Positions 50,860-64,000 of a stretch of DNA of 64,000 bases are shown one piece after another (positions within the stretch are counted from its first letter, which is position 1; every line of letters begins with the position of its first letter). The translations under genes and the position numbers were made by a program. The notes below the pieces were generated by a model. It had not been told where the DNA came from, did not search any database, and worked only from the letters and a program-made list of their open reading frames with translations. The stretch lies in the NCBI RefSeq assembly GCF_009914755.1, contig NC_060936.1; one strand, given 5' to 3'. Source of the DNA: the human T2T-CHM13v2.0 reference genome, Homo sapiens.

Positions 50860-51039
50860 CTAGAATCAATTGTTAAAGAAATTGTTTATTAGTATGTGAA
50901 AAATAAGTTGACCTTCAGGGAAGCATCATTTCTTACTTACTCAAAATAAGTAACAGTAAAATAATTTTGATCATATTATCTTATCCATTGATTAGGGAAA
51001 TGTCAGAGAGAAATATATCATCACTTCAATAAAACAGTA

Positions 51040-51660
51040 TGATATGGTTTGGCTGTGTCCCCACCCAAATCTCATCTTGAATTGTAACTCCCACAATTCC
51101 CATGTGTCATGAGAGGAACCCGGTGGGAGGTAATTGGAATGTTCACTGTTCTTGTGATAGTGAATAAGTCTCATGAGATCTGATGGTTTTAAAAAGAGGA
51201 ATTACCCTGCACAAACTCTCTTTTTGCCTGCTGCCATCCATGTAAGACATGACTTGCTCCTCCTTGCCTTCTGCCATGATTGTGAGGCCTCCCTAGCCAT
51301 GTGGAACTGTAAGTCCATTAAACTCTTTTTCCTTTTTAAATTACACATTCTCGGGTATGTCTTTATCAGCAGTGTGAAAACAGACTAATACAGTAAATTG
51401 GTACCAGTAGAGCAGGGCATTGCTGAAAAGATACCTGAAAATGTGGAAACAACTTTGGAACTGGGTAACAGAAAGAGGTTGGAACAGTTTGGAGGGCTCA
51501 AAAGAAGACAGGAAAATGTGGAAAAGTTTGGAACTGCCTAGAGACTTGTTGAATAGCTTAACAAAAATGCTAATAGTGATATGAACAATAAGGTCCAGGC
51601 TGAGGTGGCCTTAGATGGAGGTGAGGAACTTGTTAGGAACTGGAGCAAAGGTGACTCTTA
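51040..51660 (+). mobile_element. THE1 LTR (51040-51392) plus truncated internal region
   Basis: tgatatggtttggctgtgtccccacccaaatctc...aacagactaataca, then gtaaattggtaccagtagag. Confidence 0.9.
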
Positions 51661-53730
51661 GTTAGTGTCTGTTTGTTTCAAATTAAAGAAATCTGTTCTA
51701 ATATTTCTTATAAGGCAGTTCTAATGGCAGATTAACTCTCACAGCTTTTATTTGCCTGTAAAAGTCTTTATCATAGTCGCACAGCTAAATAACATCCTTG
51801 CTTGGTATAGTGTTCTTAGTTTACAGGGTTGTTTTTTTTTTTTCCTTTTCAGCACTCTGAATATATCATTGCACTCTCCCCTTGTCTGCAAGGTTTCTAC
51901 TAAGAAATCCTCTGATAGTCTTATGACTGTTCCTTTGTATGTGATGAGTTTGATGAGTTGCTTTTCTCCTGCTTTCAAAATTCTGTTTTTAATTTTCAGA
52001 ATTGATAATAGTGTGCCTAAGGGAATATCTCTAATTTACTTGTGGTTATTTGGGCTTCAAGGATATGGATGCTCTTTTTCTTCTCCAGATTTGGGAAGTT
52101 GTTTGTCATTATTTTTTTAAATAAGCTTTCCTCTCCTTTCTCTCTCTCCACTACTTCTGAGACCCTCATAGTTTACATAATGGTTCACATGATGGTATCT
52201 TATAAGTCATATATGCTATCTTCGCTTTTAAAATTTTTTCTTTTGCTCCTTTGAGTAATTTCAGATGTCTTGTCTTTAAGCTCACTAAATTTTTCTTCTG
52301 CTTGAGTTTGCTGTAGAAGCTGTCTGTATAATTTTTATTTTAGTCATTATATTCTTCTGCTACAGGATTTCTGATTGCTTTTTAAATAGCTTCTATCTTT
52401 TTGTTTGAATTATTTTGTTTATGTATTTTTGTGGGGTTTTTCTATGAGTTTTCTACCTGTATTCTCTTAATGTCTTTAAGAGGATTATTTCTACCTGTAT
52501 TCTCTTAATATCTTTAAGAGGATTATTTTGAATTATTTGTCAGGCAGTTTGTGGATCTTCATTTCTTTAGGGTCAGTTACTGGTGATTTATTATGTTCCT
52601 TTGGTGATGTCATGTTTCCCTGATTATTCAATTTTTTATGATCATTATGGCTTTCCATTGGGTCTGCACATTTGAGGCAGACAACTTTTGAAGTTTTTAC
52701 AGATTGGCTTTGCAGCAAAATCCCTTCACCAGTCACTTCATCCAGAAATTCTTGGTGGGCCTCTGTTTGGGTTTGTGGGTAAGATTGCTTCTGCAGTCCT
52801 TAGGCAGGGTAGCCTGATGTCTTGGGGTGATCAGTGAGTGGTTGAACCTGAAGCCTGAGTTGCATGGGCATGCCATGGTTCTGGGTCCATGAAGACCTAT
52901 CTGGAACCTAGATCTACAGGGGCCAGCCCAGCATCAGGATCTACCAGTGTACACCTGGACTCTGGATCTGTTGGAGCCTGTCCCTGTGGGAACTGGCCTA
53001 AAGCCTGGCTCTTCAGAGGCTATTCTGAAAGATGAGTCTGTGGAGGTTAGCCTGGAGCTGGGTTGGTCTAGAGGCATGGTTCCAATTGGCACACCTGAGT
53101 CATGGGTACATATGAGCAGTATTAAAACCTGGGTTTGTGGGGGATGGTCTGAGACTGGAGTCTACTCATGTGGCTCTGGACCCTGGGTCTGCTGGAGCAA
53201 GCATTTGTTGGGGCCAGTGTTAGGCCTGTGACCAAAGGGACCAGCCTGGTGCTGGGAGGACACAGAATGTAGAGCTGCAGGGGCTAGCTTGCAGACTAAG
53301 TCTGCAGATGTCAGCCTGATGCCTGAGCCTATAAATGCTGTCCTGGAATTTGTGTCCATAGGTGCCAGCCTGAAGCCTGGGGTCAGAGGAGGCAGCTTAG
53401 CATTGTGTTTTACTGGGGCATGTCTGATACTAGGGTCCATAGCACTTCCCTCCACTTCTTCAAAGCAGCATGTATCTCTCTCCATGCTGTGTTGCCTGGG
53501 ATTGTGGGGAGGATGAAGCAGATAATGTGAAACTGTTCTTCTTACTCTTACTCTCTTTAATGTGATGTTTCTTATTTCAGTGCTATACCCATATTCCATA
53601 ATCTCTTACATGGATTCCTTAGCTCTTGTGAAGGTATGCTTATACATTGTTATTTGTTCAAATTGTTGTTTTCATGAGTGCATAAATGCTGTAAGGTTGT
53701 ATTCTGCCATCTTGCTGATGTCACTCTCTC
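51661..53730 (-). mobile_element. Old L1M 5' UTR/ORF1 region, with 39-bp tandem duplication 52451-52528
   Basis: Minus-strand ORF1-like ITYKGTVIRLSEDFLVETLQTRGECNDIFRVLK and NQGNMTSPKEHNKSPVTDPKEMKIHKLPDK. Confidence 0.8.
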
Positions 53731-53818
53731 AAAGCTCTATATGAGTGTTAGTTAACCATAGATTTAATATAAATTAATAGCAGAATATAGATAGTAAGAA
53801 AGCTAGCACATTAGTTTC

Positions 53819-54227
53819 TGATATGGTTTGGATCTGTGTCCCCACCCAAATATTGTATAGAATCATAATCCTCAATGTTGAAGGTAGGACCCGGTGGGAG
53901 GTGACTGGATCACAGGGGAGGTTTCTGAGGAATCTCAGCACCATCTCTCTAGTGCTGTTCTCCTTATAGAGTTAACATGAGATCTGGTTGTTTAAAAGTG
54001 TATAGTATCTCCCTTCTCACTTTTTTCTCCTGTTCTGGCCATGTGAAGTTCTGCGTTTCTGTTCACCTTATTCCATGTTGTAAGTTTCCTGAGGCCTCCC
54101 TAGAAGCTGAGCAGATGCCACCATGCTTCCTGTGGGGCCTTTAGAGTCATAAGCCAATTAAATATCTTTTTGTATATAAATTACCCAGGCTCAGGCACTT
54201 ATTTATAGCAGTGAGGGAACTAACACA
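53819..54227 (+). mobile_element. MSTA/B solo LTR
   Basis: tgatatggtttggatctgtgtccccaccc...aactaacaca; TSD gtttc/gttgc. Confidence 0.85.
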
Positions 54228-54850
54228 GTTGCCAAAAATAGAAAATTATGTTTATCATAGGAATAAGTATCCCATTGTATTCTATTCTAAATAAACCAAA
54301 TCAGCTTACAGACTTGTTTCTCTCATGTGCTTTTTAAAGAGACATTAATAGAAATATGATACTTGTGAGGGGGCATTTTGACTTGTTATGAAAAAGAAAA
54401 AAATGTAATATCTGAATGAGCTGGGCATGTTTAAACAAAAGGAAATTTTTTAAAAAAAATGACAAGATCTTAAATATTTAAACTATAATCATTTAAGAGT
54501 GGCTTTACCATGTGTTGTTTCTAAAAGTAAAACTAAAATTAGTGAATGAAGGTCATGTAGTGGTAGATCTCTTGTCAAGATTCAAAGAACAATGGGTTTT
54601 TATGAGGTATCGAGTTTCATACAATAAAATGAATTCATTTGTAAGATCACAGAACGAAAATAAGACTGAGAAAGATAAATCAACTTCTCTTTAATGTCAA
54701 GCTTCAACAAGTACAGCTATATAATAGAGGTTGAGAGATTCTGGAGGCAAACTTCCTGGGTTCAATTTCCATCTTCCTTACTCATTTTCGATATTATTTT
54801 GTGCCAATTACTTAATATCTTTGTACCTCAATTTCCTCACCTATAAAATG

Positions 54851-55166
54851 CAGGTCCCTCAAGCACAATTATAAAATCCAAAATTTTTCAAAGTTAAAAA
54901 TTTTTTTAAGGTTATAGCAAACTTATTTGACAACAAATATATCTGAAAAGATATGAGTTACTTATAGCCATATTTTCTCATGTAGTATGAACATTTACAA
55001 GTTTCTTCATAAAAATGTTAATGTGTTTGTGTTGTGCTGTCCCCAGACCCTTCTGGGGGTAATACATATCTATAATATATGCACTGTATTATTTTTCTGA
55101 ATGTTTAAAACCTCTAATTTTTTAAACACATCTGTCCCTAATGATTTCAGCAAAACTGTACACCTG
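54851..55166. mobile_element. MER46C-like Tigger-family DNA element inserted in a MIR (~54715-55240)
   Basis: Termini caggtcc...acacctg; acacatctgtccctaatgatttcag end; MIR core on the left. Confidence 0.6.
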
Positions 55167-55243
55167 TAATACCTATGACCTCATAAGGTTATATTAATTA
55201 AGCATACAGAAAAATGCCAGGCACAGATAAATGCATAACGTAT

Positions 55244-55616
55244 TGTATTAGTCTGTTTTTATGCTGCTGATAAAGACATACCTGAGACTGGGTAATTTAT
55301 AAAGAAAAAAAGATTTAATGGACTCACAGTTCCATGTGGCTAAGGAGGCCTCACAATCATGGTGGAAAGCAAAAGGCATGTCTTACATGGCAGCAGACAA
55401 GAGAGAATAAGAGACAAGTGAAAGGGAAAACCCCTTATAAAATCATCAGATCTCATGAGACTTATTAACTACCAAGAGAACAGTATGGGGAGTATGGGGG
55501 AAACTGCTCCCATGATTCAATTTTCTCCCACAGGGTCCCTCCCACAAAACAGAGGAATTATGGAAGCTACAATTCAAGATGAGAGTTGGCTGGGGACACA
55601 ACAAAAACATATCTCA
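55244..55616 (-). mobile_element. THE1 solo LTR
   Basis: tgtattagtctgtttttatgctgctgataaagacatacctgagactggg...ggggacacaacaaaaacatatctca. Confidence 0.9.
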
Positions 55617-55969
55617 TATGTTAGCTACTACCGCTACAAAAATTATTTTATTTTCCGTATCCTTTGTATTCAGAATAAAGTCATAAGAAGGAAAAATATT
55701 TCTTTATCACATAAAAAAGTGACACCATGCACATTGGTACTTGTAAACTTTTATAAGCAACACTTTTTAGTAGTGCTCTTAGAAAAGATTTCAACTTATT
55801 AGAAATCTTATAATCTTTAATTTCTCATAGTTGGAGAGTGTTAAAAAATTACTTTCATGGAAGAAGTTTAAGCCATCTTCTGTATATAAATAGAACAAAA
55901 ATTGAGAGCATATACTTAAAATGGTTAGACTTTTAAATGCATTTTCATCCAAGACAGAAAACAAAATGA

Positions 55970-56230
<261 letters not shown>

Positions 56231-56382
56231 TAAGAACTTGTAACTTATAAACTAAGAACCTTATATTTAAAGTATGACTTTAAATCCTTACAAATCTTCT
56301 TTCTTTATAGACCTAGATAGCATCCATTTATTTCACAAGTTTCAAAGATGTATGTACACTCTACACATACTTTTGAACAATC

Positions 56383-56831
56383 CTGTTCTAGTAGTCCATT
56401 TTCTGTTGGTATAAAATAATATCTGGGACTGTGTAATTTATCAAAGAAAAAGAGGTTTATTTAGTTCTACAGGCTGAGAAGTTTGATGGCATAGCCTTGG
56501 CTTCAGGCGAGGGTTGGGTTTTGTCACAGTATGGCAGATAAGTCAAAGGGGAAGTGGATACCTACAAAGAGGGAGGAGGGGGAAACAGTAGAGGAACTTT
56601 GCTTTATAACAACCTGCTCTTGTGGGAACTAATTCATTCCTGAAAGAACTAGTCCAATGTCCAAGAGCAAGAACTTATTACTGAGAGAATGGAACCAAGT
56701 CATTTATGAAGTATTTACCCCAATAACGCAAACACTTTCCATTGGGCCCCACTTCCCAACACCACCACACTGGGGGTCAAATTTCAACATGAGCTTCTGT
56801 GGGGCCAAACAAACCATATCCAATCATAACA
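56383..56831 (-). mobile_element. MST/MLT1A-type LTR
   Basis: tagtccattttctgttggtataaa...tttcaacatgagcttctgtgggg...ccatatccaatcataaca. Confidence 0.75.
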
Positions 56832-57759
56832 CCTGAATATTGTATACTATCAGAGACAAAGAGATTATCAGTCAGGTAGAAAAAATTGAATTCTCAAAAA
56901 AATAGCCAGCTCAGAATGAGACTGTAGAGCAGAGGGTTGGATATTACAACGGTAAATTCATGAATACCACATCGTCGAATAATTGATGACAGCCACAGAG
57001 TTAAATAGCATCATGAAATTGTAAAATACCACTTGCTAAAAAGTGATATTGTTGTGAAGAGGAATGTACATCTTTCTCTATTTTTAGTATTTTAACACTT
57101 CCTAGAAGATCAAGAAATAATAGGAAATGCATATTTCTGTCTTATCCTCATTCTCAGTTTAATAACTGGAGGATGATTATGTTCACTGAGTCAGTGAGAC
57201 TAGGAGGAAAAGCAGCCTGAGACTTAACAGTAAAATGAAAGGCTGCAGTTTTGTCTATCAAAACCCAAGTCCCTTTAGGATATCCAACTGGAGAGCACTG
57301 GTAGAAACTTAATTCTCCTTCATGTTTTCCTTAAAGAGAGGTAAGTATCAGAATAATACTATTCTGTCCCCCTCATTACTTCTTTCTCAAACATCTCTCC
57401 ATGTGTGTGAAAAAGCAACCAATCTATTTGCCAAGTTAGAGAGACTTTGGCATCCATTGAGTGAAATTGACAGAGTGGGGCAAAAAAAAAAAAAAAAGAA
57501 TTTAGTGAAGATTTATCTCTTTTCTCTCTCTGTTGTTCCTCTGCTGCATGGAATATAAGAAAGGTCATAGTTTTCTCTTCTAGCCTGAAGGCAAGAAAAG
57601 GGAGAGAGGGGGGTGAGGGAGAGAGAGTATATGTGTATGTACTGAGGATGGTTGGCAGGAAAGTGAAAAAGGAAAGGGAGTTTTGTCACGTTCTCCAACT
57701 CAGAAATTACCAAATAGCTCTAATCTAAAACTAATATTTCATTTTCATCTCCACATGGA

Positions 57760-58540
57760 TCCTTATTTTGTTTTCCCCCTCTGGATGAAACCCAAAAAAT
57801 AATGATCTAGATTATTCCAATATTTATCTAGGATAAGAACTTGGATTACTCCAGTCTCCAAGAAATACATCCAATAGGTGGCTGGAGATGCAGGTATACA
57901 ACCTGTGAGAGATAAATGCTTGGTAATTAGCAAATAAAGGGTCATTGAAGCCACAGGATCAAATAGGAGATCATTTAGGGAGTGTGAGTTAAGGAAGAGA
58001 AGACTTCTGAGACTGGAACTTGAATGAGATGACAAAGAAAAAGACAACTTGTTCATGATAGTGAAGGGAAACAGATATGTGGGAAGAAATTCAAAAGGTT
58101 CTGGGAATCAAAGTCAAAGTATTTCAAGAAAGTGAGTCATCAAAGGCATCAAATGCTGCACAGGCCAGATGAGAACACTTACCCTGTGGCAAAGGCAGAA
58201 TAATGCATTTTATTCAGACTGACTTGGTGGTGAGTGTTTTATTTATTTACAGCACAAATCCCAGCTTCAGAAGAAAATGGGTTACACACTTGCCTGGGTA
58301 TGTACTGACTGAAGAGAAAGGCTTGTTAGAAGCCTATTCTAAGTATGAATTACAGAGTTTCCTGTGGAAAGAAAGAAAGAACCAGGCAAGAAATCTTTAT
58401 TCAGTAAAAAAGATGACTTTTATTTGGTGGGGAAGTAATAATAAACAATGGCATCAAGTAGGATCTGTAGGAATTGGTCTAACATTTAAATATTTGGAGA
58501 AAAACTATAAATACTTAACAAGAAAATGAAGATAGGAGAC
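57760..58540 (-). mobile_element. L2 remnant
   Basis: Purine-rich attgaagccacagga...gagatcatttagggag...tttcaagaaag...caaatgctgc pattern. Confidence 0.55.
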
Positions 58541-58773
58541 AAAAGTATTGTTACTACTACTACAATATTGTTATGCCCATAAGTTTTTAGACCTAAAAAT
58601 TTGGGATACTATATAAGAATATTTTGTTTTCCTCACTTATAACTATTTATATATTTAATCTGTTCAACATATTTATAATAAATAAGAGCTTAGTGTAGTT
58701 CTCTGTAATGGACCTGTATAGATAAAAAAGATTCCCTTTGTACCTTCAAGCATTGATTATGTTTGTAGATGAG

Positions 58774-59300
58774 AAACTAAATATACAAACCAACAATGGC
58801 CAACCCATACATAAAAATAGAACTCTAACACCCAATCTGCAGTAACCAGCCCAGAAAACAAACTCCTTACCTATAATAAACAGCTTAGGATGCCAACCTA
58901 CTATATGCAAGTCAGACTTGTAAGAAATCAGACCACTATTCATAGTAAATGATCTGGGAAGCCAAATGATAACCTTGTAACATGTGGCCCCAAATGCCCT
59001 GGACTTGACTAATAATCGATGGCTTCCCCAATTTTTGCATGACTTCAGGACCATCTAGAGGCATCCAAATATGTTCTCCAAGCCAATCACATAGGATGCC
59101 TCACTTCTAGTTTATCCCACCTATGGCTTTTCCACGCCAACACCCCTAATCAAGGCACACCTGAAGGCTTTCCATTTCCCACTATAAAGTATTCCTATTC
59201 CTTTGCCTGCCTTTGAGTCTGTACCAAACACTAGTGATGGTGGCTGACCCCATTGCTATAGCAAGCTCAGAATAGCCTTTGCTTGTTCTCATTTGTTCCC
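58774..59300 (+). mobile_element. MER34/39-family LTR
   Basis: aaaaatagaactctaacacccaatctgcagtaaccagcccagaaa...gctatagcaagctcagaatagcctttgcttg. Confidence 0.7.
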
Positions 59301-59500
59301 ACTCTGGTAAGACTAAAATATAAATCTTTGATCTGATGATTTATTGAATGCCATTTATTAGTAAACTTTTCCAATAAACGGGCTGTTGTTAAATAGGTTT
59401 TTCTGGCAAACAAAAGTATACAATTTAGCCTCCTCATTATACACTTATTATTTTCTTTTATCCTCAGACAGCACTTTTATTCCACAAGCAACCATTTTAA

Positions 59501-60016
59501 CCCTTGTCCTGATTGCAACAAGAATACTCGCCAGCGGTGCTTGCAGCTGCAGCATTTACCTAGAGATAACTTTGCCATGAAATATCTCGCTTTTATTATT
59601 ATTTTCACATTCCTCTGGTATATCAACTTTGGAAACAAAAGACAATCATTCTGTTTATAGCATTCTGTGTTTATTAGTGTTCTGTCCATTTAAAAATATA
59701 TATAGTAATTCTCAATCGCTGAAAATGTCAAATCCTAAAAAATGTCACATGCCTACATGTTAACATCATTCTCAAACATTTGTTGGCTGAAGATTCATTT
59801 GATGAATACTATTTTACCAAAATAAACAATTCTGATGATTTAGATGATTCTGATGTTAGTTCTGTTTAGAAATAACTCCAAGAACATTTTTATATTTTAT
59901 TTTCACATTGAAAATCAGTCAGATTTGCCTCAGCCTTGAAGAGTAGGTTTGCGTAAAATTAAATGAGTGCTGGCAGCAAGCTGTACTTTTTTTTTCTTTT
60001 CTAAATGGGAAAGGGG
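59501..60016 (+). mobile_element. MER75 (piggyBac-family) full-length element
   Basis: TTAA TSD at 59497-59500 and 60017-60020; termini ccctt...aagggg; gagataactttgcca...aaatatctcgcttttattattattttc. Confidence 0.9.
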
Positions 60017-61609
60017 TTAAATTTAAAATATATCTATTTGTTTAATTATTATCTTGCAAAATATAGTACAAAAAATAAATATTGTTTCACTGAAATCTTT
60101 TTAAATTTATACAAATTATATTTACCATCTTACCTTGCATTTGTCCCTTTTATGGGTTCCAAATGACCACACAATTTTATTGAATCTCACATTACATTTC
60201 CATGTATACATCTTACTATTTCTCTACTTTCAAAAATTTTTTTTTTTTTTTGCAGGTGAAAATGCCTTTAACTTCTTTACCTGGCAAAAATGACATGTCC
60301 TTCAAGGTACAATTAACATGCCACGTTGTTCATGAAAACTTCATGGTCACTAACATAAAAAATTATTTCTAGTTTTCCTGAACTTCTATAATGCTGCTTT
60401 CTCTTATAAAATATTTCCTTCTCTTGAAATTATTATTCTTGGCTTTCCCCTATTACTTGGATCTCTTTGAGGACTGTATCACTATTAAGTGCTTAAAATA
60501 TAAAGATAAATTAGACAACACACTAGTCTTTGAGGCACTCACACTGTAATGAGGATATTTATGTGTGTTCTGTATAATTAGCAATATTATGATATGATGA
60601 GTTCTAAAGGCTCACAGAGAGGAATAACAAATCCTACCTGGCAGGAGTTTGAATATGCTTTAAAGAGAAGATAAATGCAGGCATCCTGCCCTACATAAAC
60701 TCTTCCTAGCCATGCATCCTTTTCTTCCCATCAAGAGGTGGCCCTGAAGATATGTTTGAGTAAATATCTATGCTTCTCCTAGCCAAGGCTGATCCTACAG
60801 GAGAAGCTTGGCCCAAGCTAGAGTAATTTGACAATTTTTTTCAAAAAAAACCAGTACTTTGGAAATAAAAATTCTAAACCATTATGTTATTAACTAAATT
60901 GAAAGAAAACAAAGCCTGTGGTAGCTATTTTCCATCATGTACATGAAAAAAAAAAGAACCCAATTTCAGAGAGAGAGAAGAATGAAGCCTACACTGAAGG
61001 AAAGATAACAAAATGACATTTAGCTTCACAGAAAGAGACAAGGAGAGCAAGAAAAAAGTTTTGATTCCAGGCTATTTTCCAATTTCTGACTCTAGTCCTC
61101 CTGAGGCTTGACTGTAGTTCTCGCCCTTAGGTTCTGTTGGATAGCCTTGTATGTCCTACCATTAAATTCACAGTTTTTATACAATTTAGCTTAAGGTGAT
61201 CTCTGGTACTGCATCCAAACAATCTCTGTCTAAGACAGCTATGTAATAAAGGGTAAATAACAATTTGACAGATATATAAAGGGAAAGGGCAGGACACTCC
61301 AACAAAAGGAAAAATTACCAAATATATGGAAATATGAAGTTTATGTTTGAGAATTATCAAGTAGATCAGAATAGTTAAAACATGTGATGATTGACAGCAT
61401 CATTGAAGTCTCATTCAAAACACACTTAAACATCTTACTAACGAACTTGGACTTTATCCCAACAGCAGTGGAAAAGAGAATGTGGAAACATTTCAACACA
61501 GATGTTAATAATAAAAGGCTGCAATTAAAATAGATTAGGCTCCCTGACAGCCACTCTGTGGCCTCAGATGACTTTCTTCCTCTTTATTCTCCTCCTCCAA
61601 TTAATGATA

Positions 61610-61800
61610 GTAATAATAATAGGCAATACTAGTAGCTAATATTTATTTAGTACTTTGTGCCAGACAACCTAGTAATTAATTTATATGTAGTATCTGATTT
61701 CTTTATAGGAGCCCTGAGCTAGGGACTATTATTATCCTCATTGTACATTAAGAACAATGAAACACAGAGAAATTAAATAACTTGTCTTATACCACTAGCA
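61610..61800 (-). mobile_element. MIR
   Basis: agctaatatttatttagtactttgtgccagac...attattatcctcattgtaca...aattaaataacttgtc. Confidence 0.7.
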
Positions 61801-62065
61801 GGAAATTCGTATTTAGAGAGTATCCAAGAGAAATCTTTGGTTTAGTTTCAGGTTTTGGGTTTTTTTCCAACCTTGTTTCCTCCTTTTATATATTCCTTGT
61901 TTTTCACTGTTATTATAAAATTAAGCCAAAAACATTAAATATCAAAAGCTCTACTGAAATTGTTGATTAAAAGTCTTAATCTGTATTGAGAACACCTGTA
62001 TTGAATATTTGCCAGCAGTGTTTGTAGCTGCAGCATTTACCTAGAGATAACTGGTGGTAGGAAGC

Positions 62066-62066
<1 letters not shown>

Positions 62067-62109
<43 letters not shown>

Positions 62110-62136
62110 CCCCCCACCCCCACCCACACACACACA
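62067..62136. repeat. Compound (CA)n/C-rich microsatellite
   Basis: acccacccacacacac...accccccacccccacccacacacacac. Confidence 0.95.
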
Positions 62137-64000
62137 GACTTTAGTCTCCAATATCTCTAATAGGGGTTTATACATGTAATCTCGGCAAATAATCCCTTCA
62201 CGCAAGATAATGTTTACAAATGTCAGGCTCTCTTTTCTTCTAACCAAATTTTATATCATCGAAGTCACATCCTCATTTTGCAAAACTAGAACCAGTTTTG
62301 ACCAGTTTCTAAGCATTTCTGAGAAAAATCTCTGTATCCAGTTTCCAAGGCCCTAAAAAGTCTATTGTCTTGAATTTGGTACTCTTTTATGATCTGGATG
62401 GTTCTGACAGTGAGTGGTCTGATGACTACAATTATATATTCATTTTCTCCAACAATAATAGTTGCAAAACATTAAAAAAATAAACTTCCTGTTAGTCATA
62501 AATATTGTTCTTCTGACCCCAAAATAATCCTGACTGCTCTTGACCTACATATATAATTGACATAAATGTTGTCACAACCAATTGAGTAGTAGATAGGGCA
62601 TTGCACCCAGGAGAGTCTTACCTTCATAGCTCAGCTGTAACTTATAGAAATAACATTAGAAAGAATATAGTCCTCTACTAAGTATCACAGCTTAGATAAA
62701 CAGAAGAAAGCTTATTTTGTTACCAAATTTTATTTCCTGCAAAACTGGCTTCATGTTACCAAGTTGGCTCCTTCTCTAGGTCTTCTTTGGTGATCCCTAA
62801 ACTATTCAGTTCAACTGGGATATAGAATAGGTGGACATTCAGAATTAACGAGAGGTTATTACATTAATAGACTTTGCTAGCTTCATCATCCCTTTCAATG
62901 TAGCATACAGGGCTGCAGGAATTTTGAATTCAATTCATGAAGCTACTAATAGTATCCATTGCCTAATTGTAGTATAGATCATCAAAGGAACTTAAGTCTG
63001 AGAAAGGCCCTTTCTGGCACCTTCACCCAAAAGCCCATGCCTATAATCAATAGATGTAATCAATGGGAATAAAATGGTTCTATATAGCATTTATAAAACT
63101 TATCTCAAGGTTCAATCCTATATTAACCTACTTATATCTGTCTCCCTAATAAATGAGTCCACCCAGACTCTACCTAAAAGTCTCACACATTCAAATACAT
63201 TGAATATTTAACTATATTGTCAGATAATCCCTATGTACCATGGCAGTGCTAGTTTATAGAAGGAACAACTGAATAGCCCATTTGATTAACACATTTAGCC
63301 ATAGGTGTTGGGTTACATGTCATGAAAATTGAAGGTACTTCTTTTACACCCAGTTTTATACTGCCTTACTAGTGAAATGAATATCCTGGTTGGAAGAACT
63401 GTAAGTTCTATATCTTCATTGTTTTAATTGTTCTCTAACAATATCCCCCATTTCTATATCTTCAGTCCTTTGTGGTGATAACTGGGGTGGCATGAGCTAG
63501 TCTGCATCCTAAATAGAGAAGACCTTCTGTCTTCTGTATCAGTCAGAGCCCAGTGAGGAAACATAAACTACACTAGTTATTTGTATAGAAAAAATTTAAT
63601 ATATAAAAACACAATAATTAGGATGCGTTTTCAACAGAGTAACTGAAAAGGAAACACAACAGTGAATTTTCGGGGGGATAGCAGTGATAGGAGGCAGCAA
63701 TCATCCCTAAGGCTGAAGAAACAAAGGCACAAGTTTAAGATTAGTAAAACTTAAAAGTGAGGATAAGAGACCTGTAGATTTAAAACACAAGCTTTGAGGA
63801 TGGCATGCTTACCTGGTGCTGGTTTCTCTAAACACCAGAAGGTGCCCAACAGCAACTTTGACTCAGCTCTCTGAAGAGGGGGTGCCTGTAAACTTACTCT
63901 GAAGGTAGTCTTCACATTAAAGAGTATTTGCAAATTAGACACCTCTGCTGCTATGAGAAGGAATTGTACCCCTGGAGTGAAAAATCGTTACTAGAATGAA

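Overview
Primate (human-like) genomic DNA, repeat-dense, with the mosaic structure of a pericentromeric segmental duplication. I see no intact protein-coding gene, RNA gene or prokaryotic-type system. Layout: (1) 0.5-13.7 kb, nested old L1/MaLR/Alu elements, including a polyA-tailed, TSD-flanked 1.5-kb non-L1 insert that splits an L1; (2) 13.9-21.2 kb, a decayed class I ERV (LTR-gag-pro-pol) cut off where env should start; (3) joined directly to it, a 4-exon unprocessed TUBB8-type beta-tubulin pseudogene (+), tail-to-tail with a FAM166A/CIMIP2A pseudogene (-); (4) FAM166A is cut mid-exon by a 1.3-kb NF1 fragment (exons 21 and 22, -), which is joined inside the 5' UTR of an L1PA5-like element; (5) a second, inverted L1PA4-like element 12 kb further on, with a 5' transduction, an internal deletion and gene-conversion tracts shared with the first; (6) AT-rich intergenic DNA with old repeats to the end. 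From recall only, the TUBB8P/FAM166AP/NF1P trio fits the human 12q12 pericentromeric cluster (not verified). Best leads: an L1 antisense promoter/ORF0 aimed at captured NF1 and FAM166A exons, recurrent conversion between inverted L1s, tubulin occupying the env slot of a provirus, and two L1-mediated transductions. Repeat subfamily names are by eye, and unstated boundaries are approximate.
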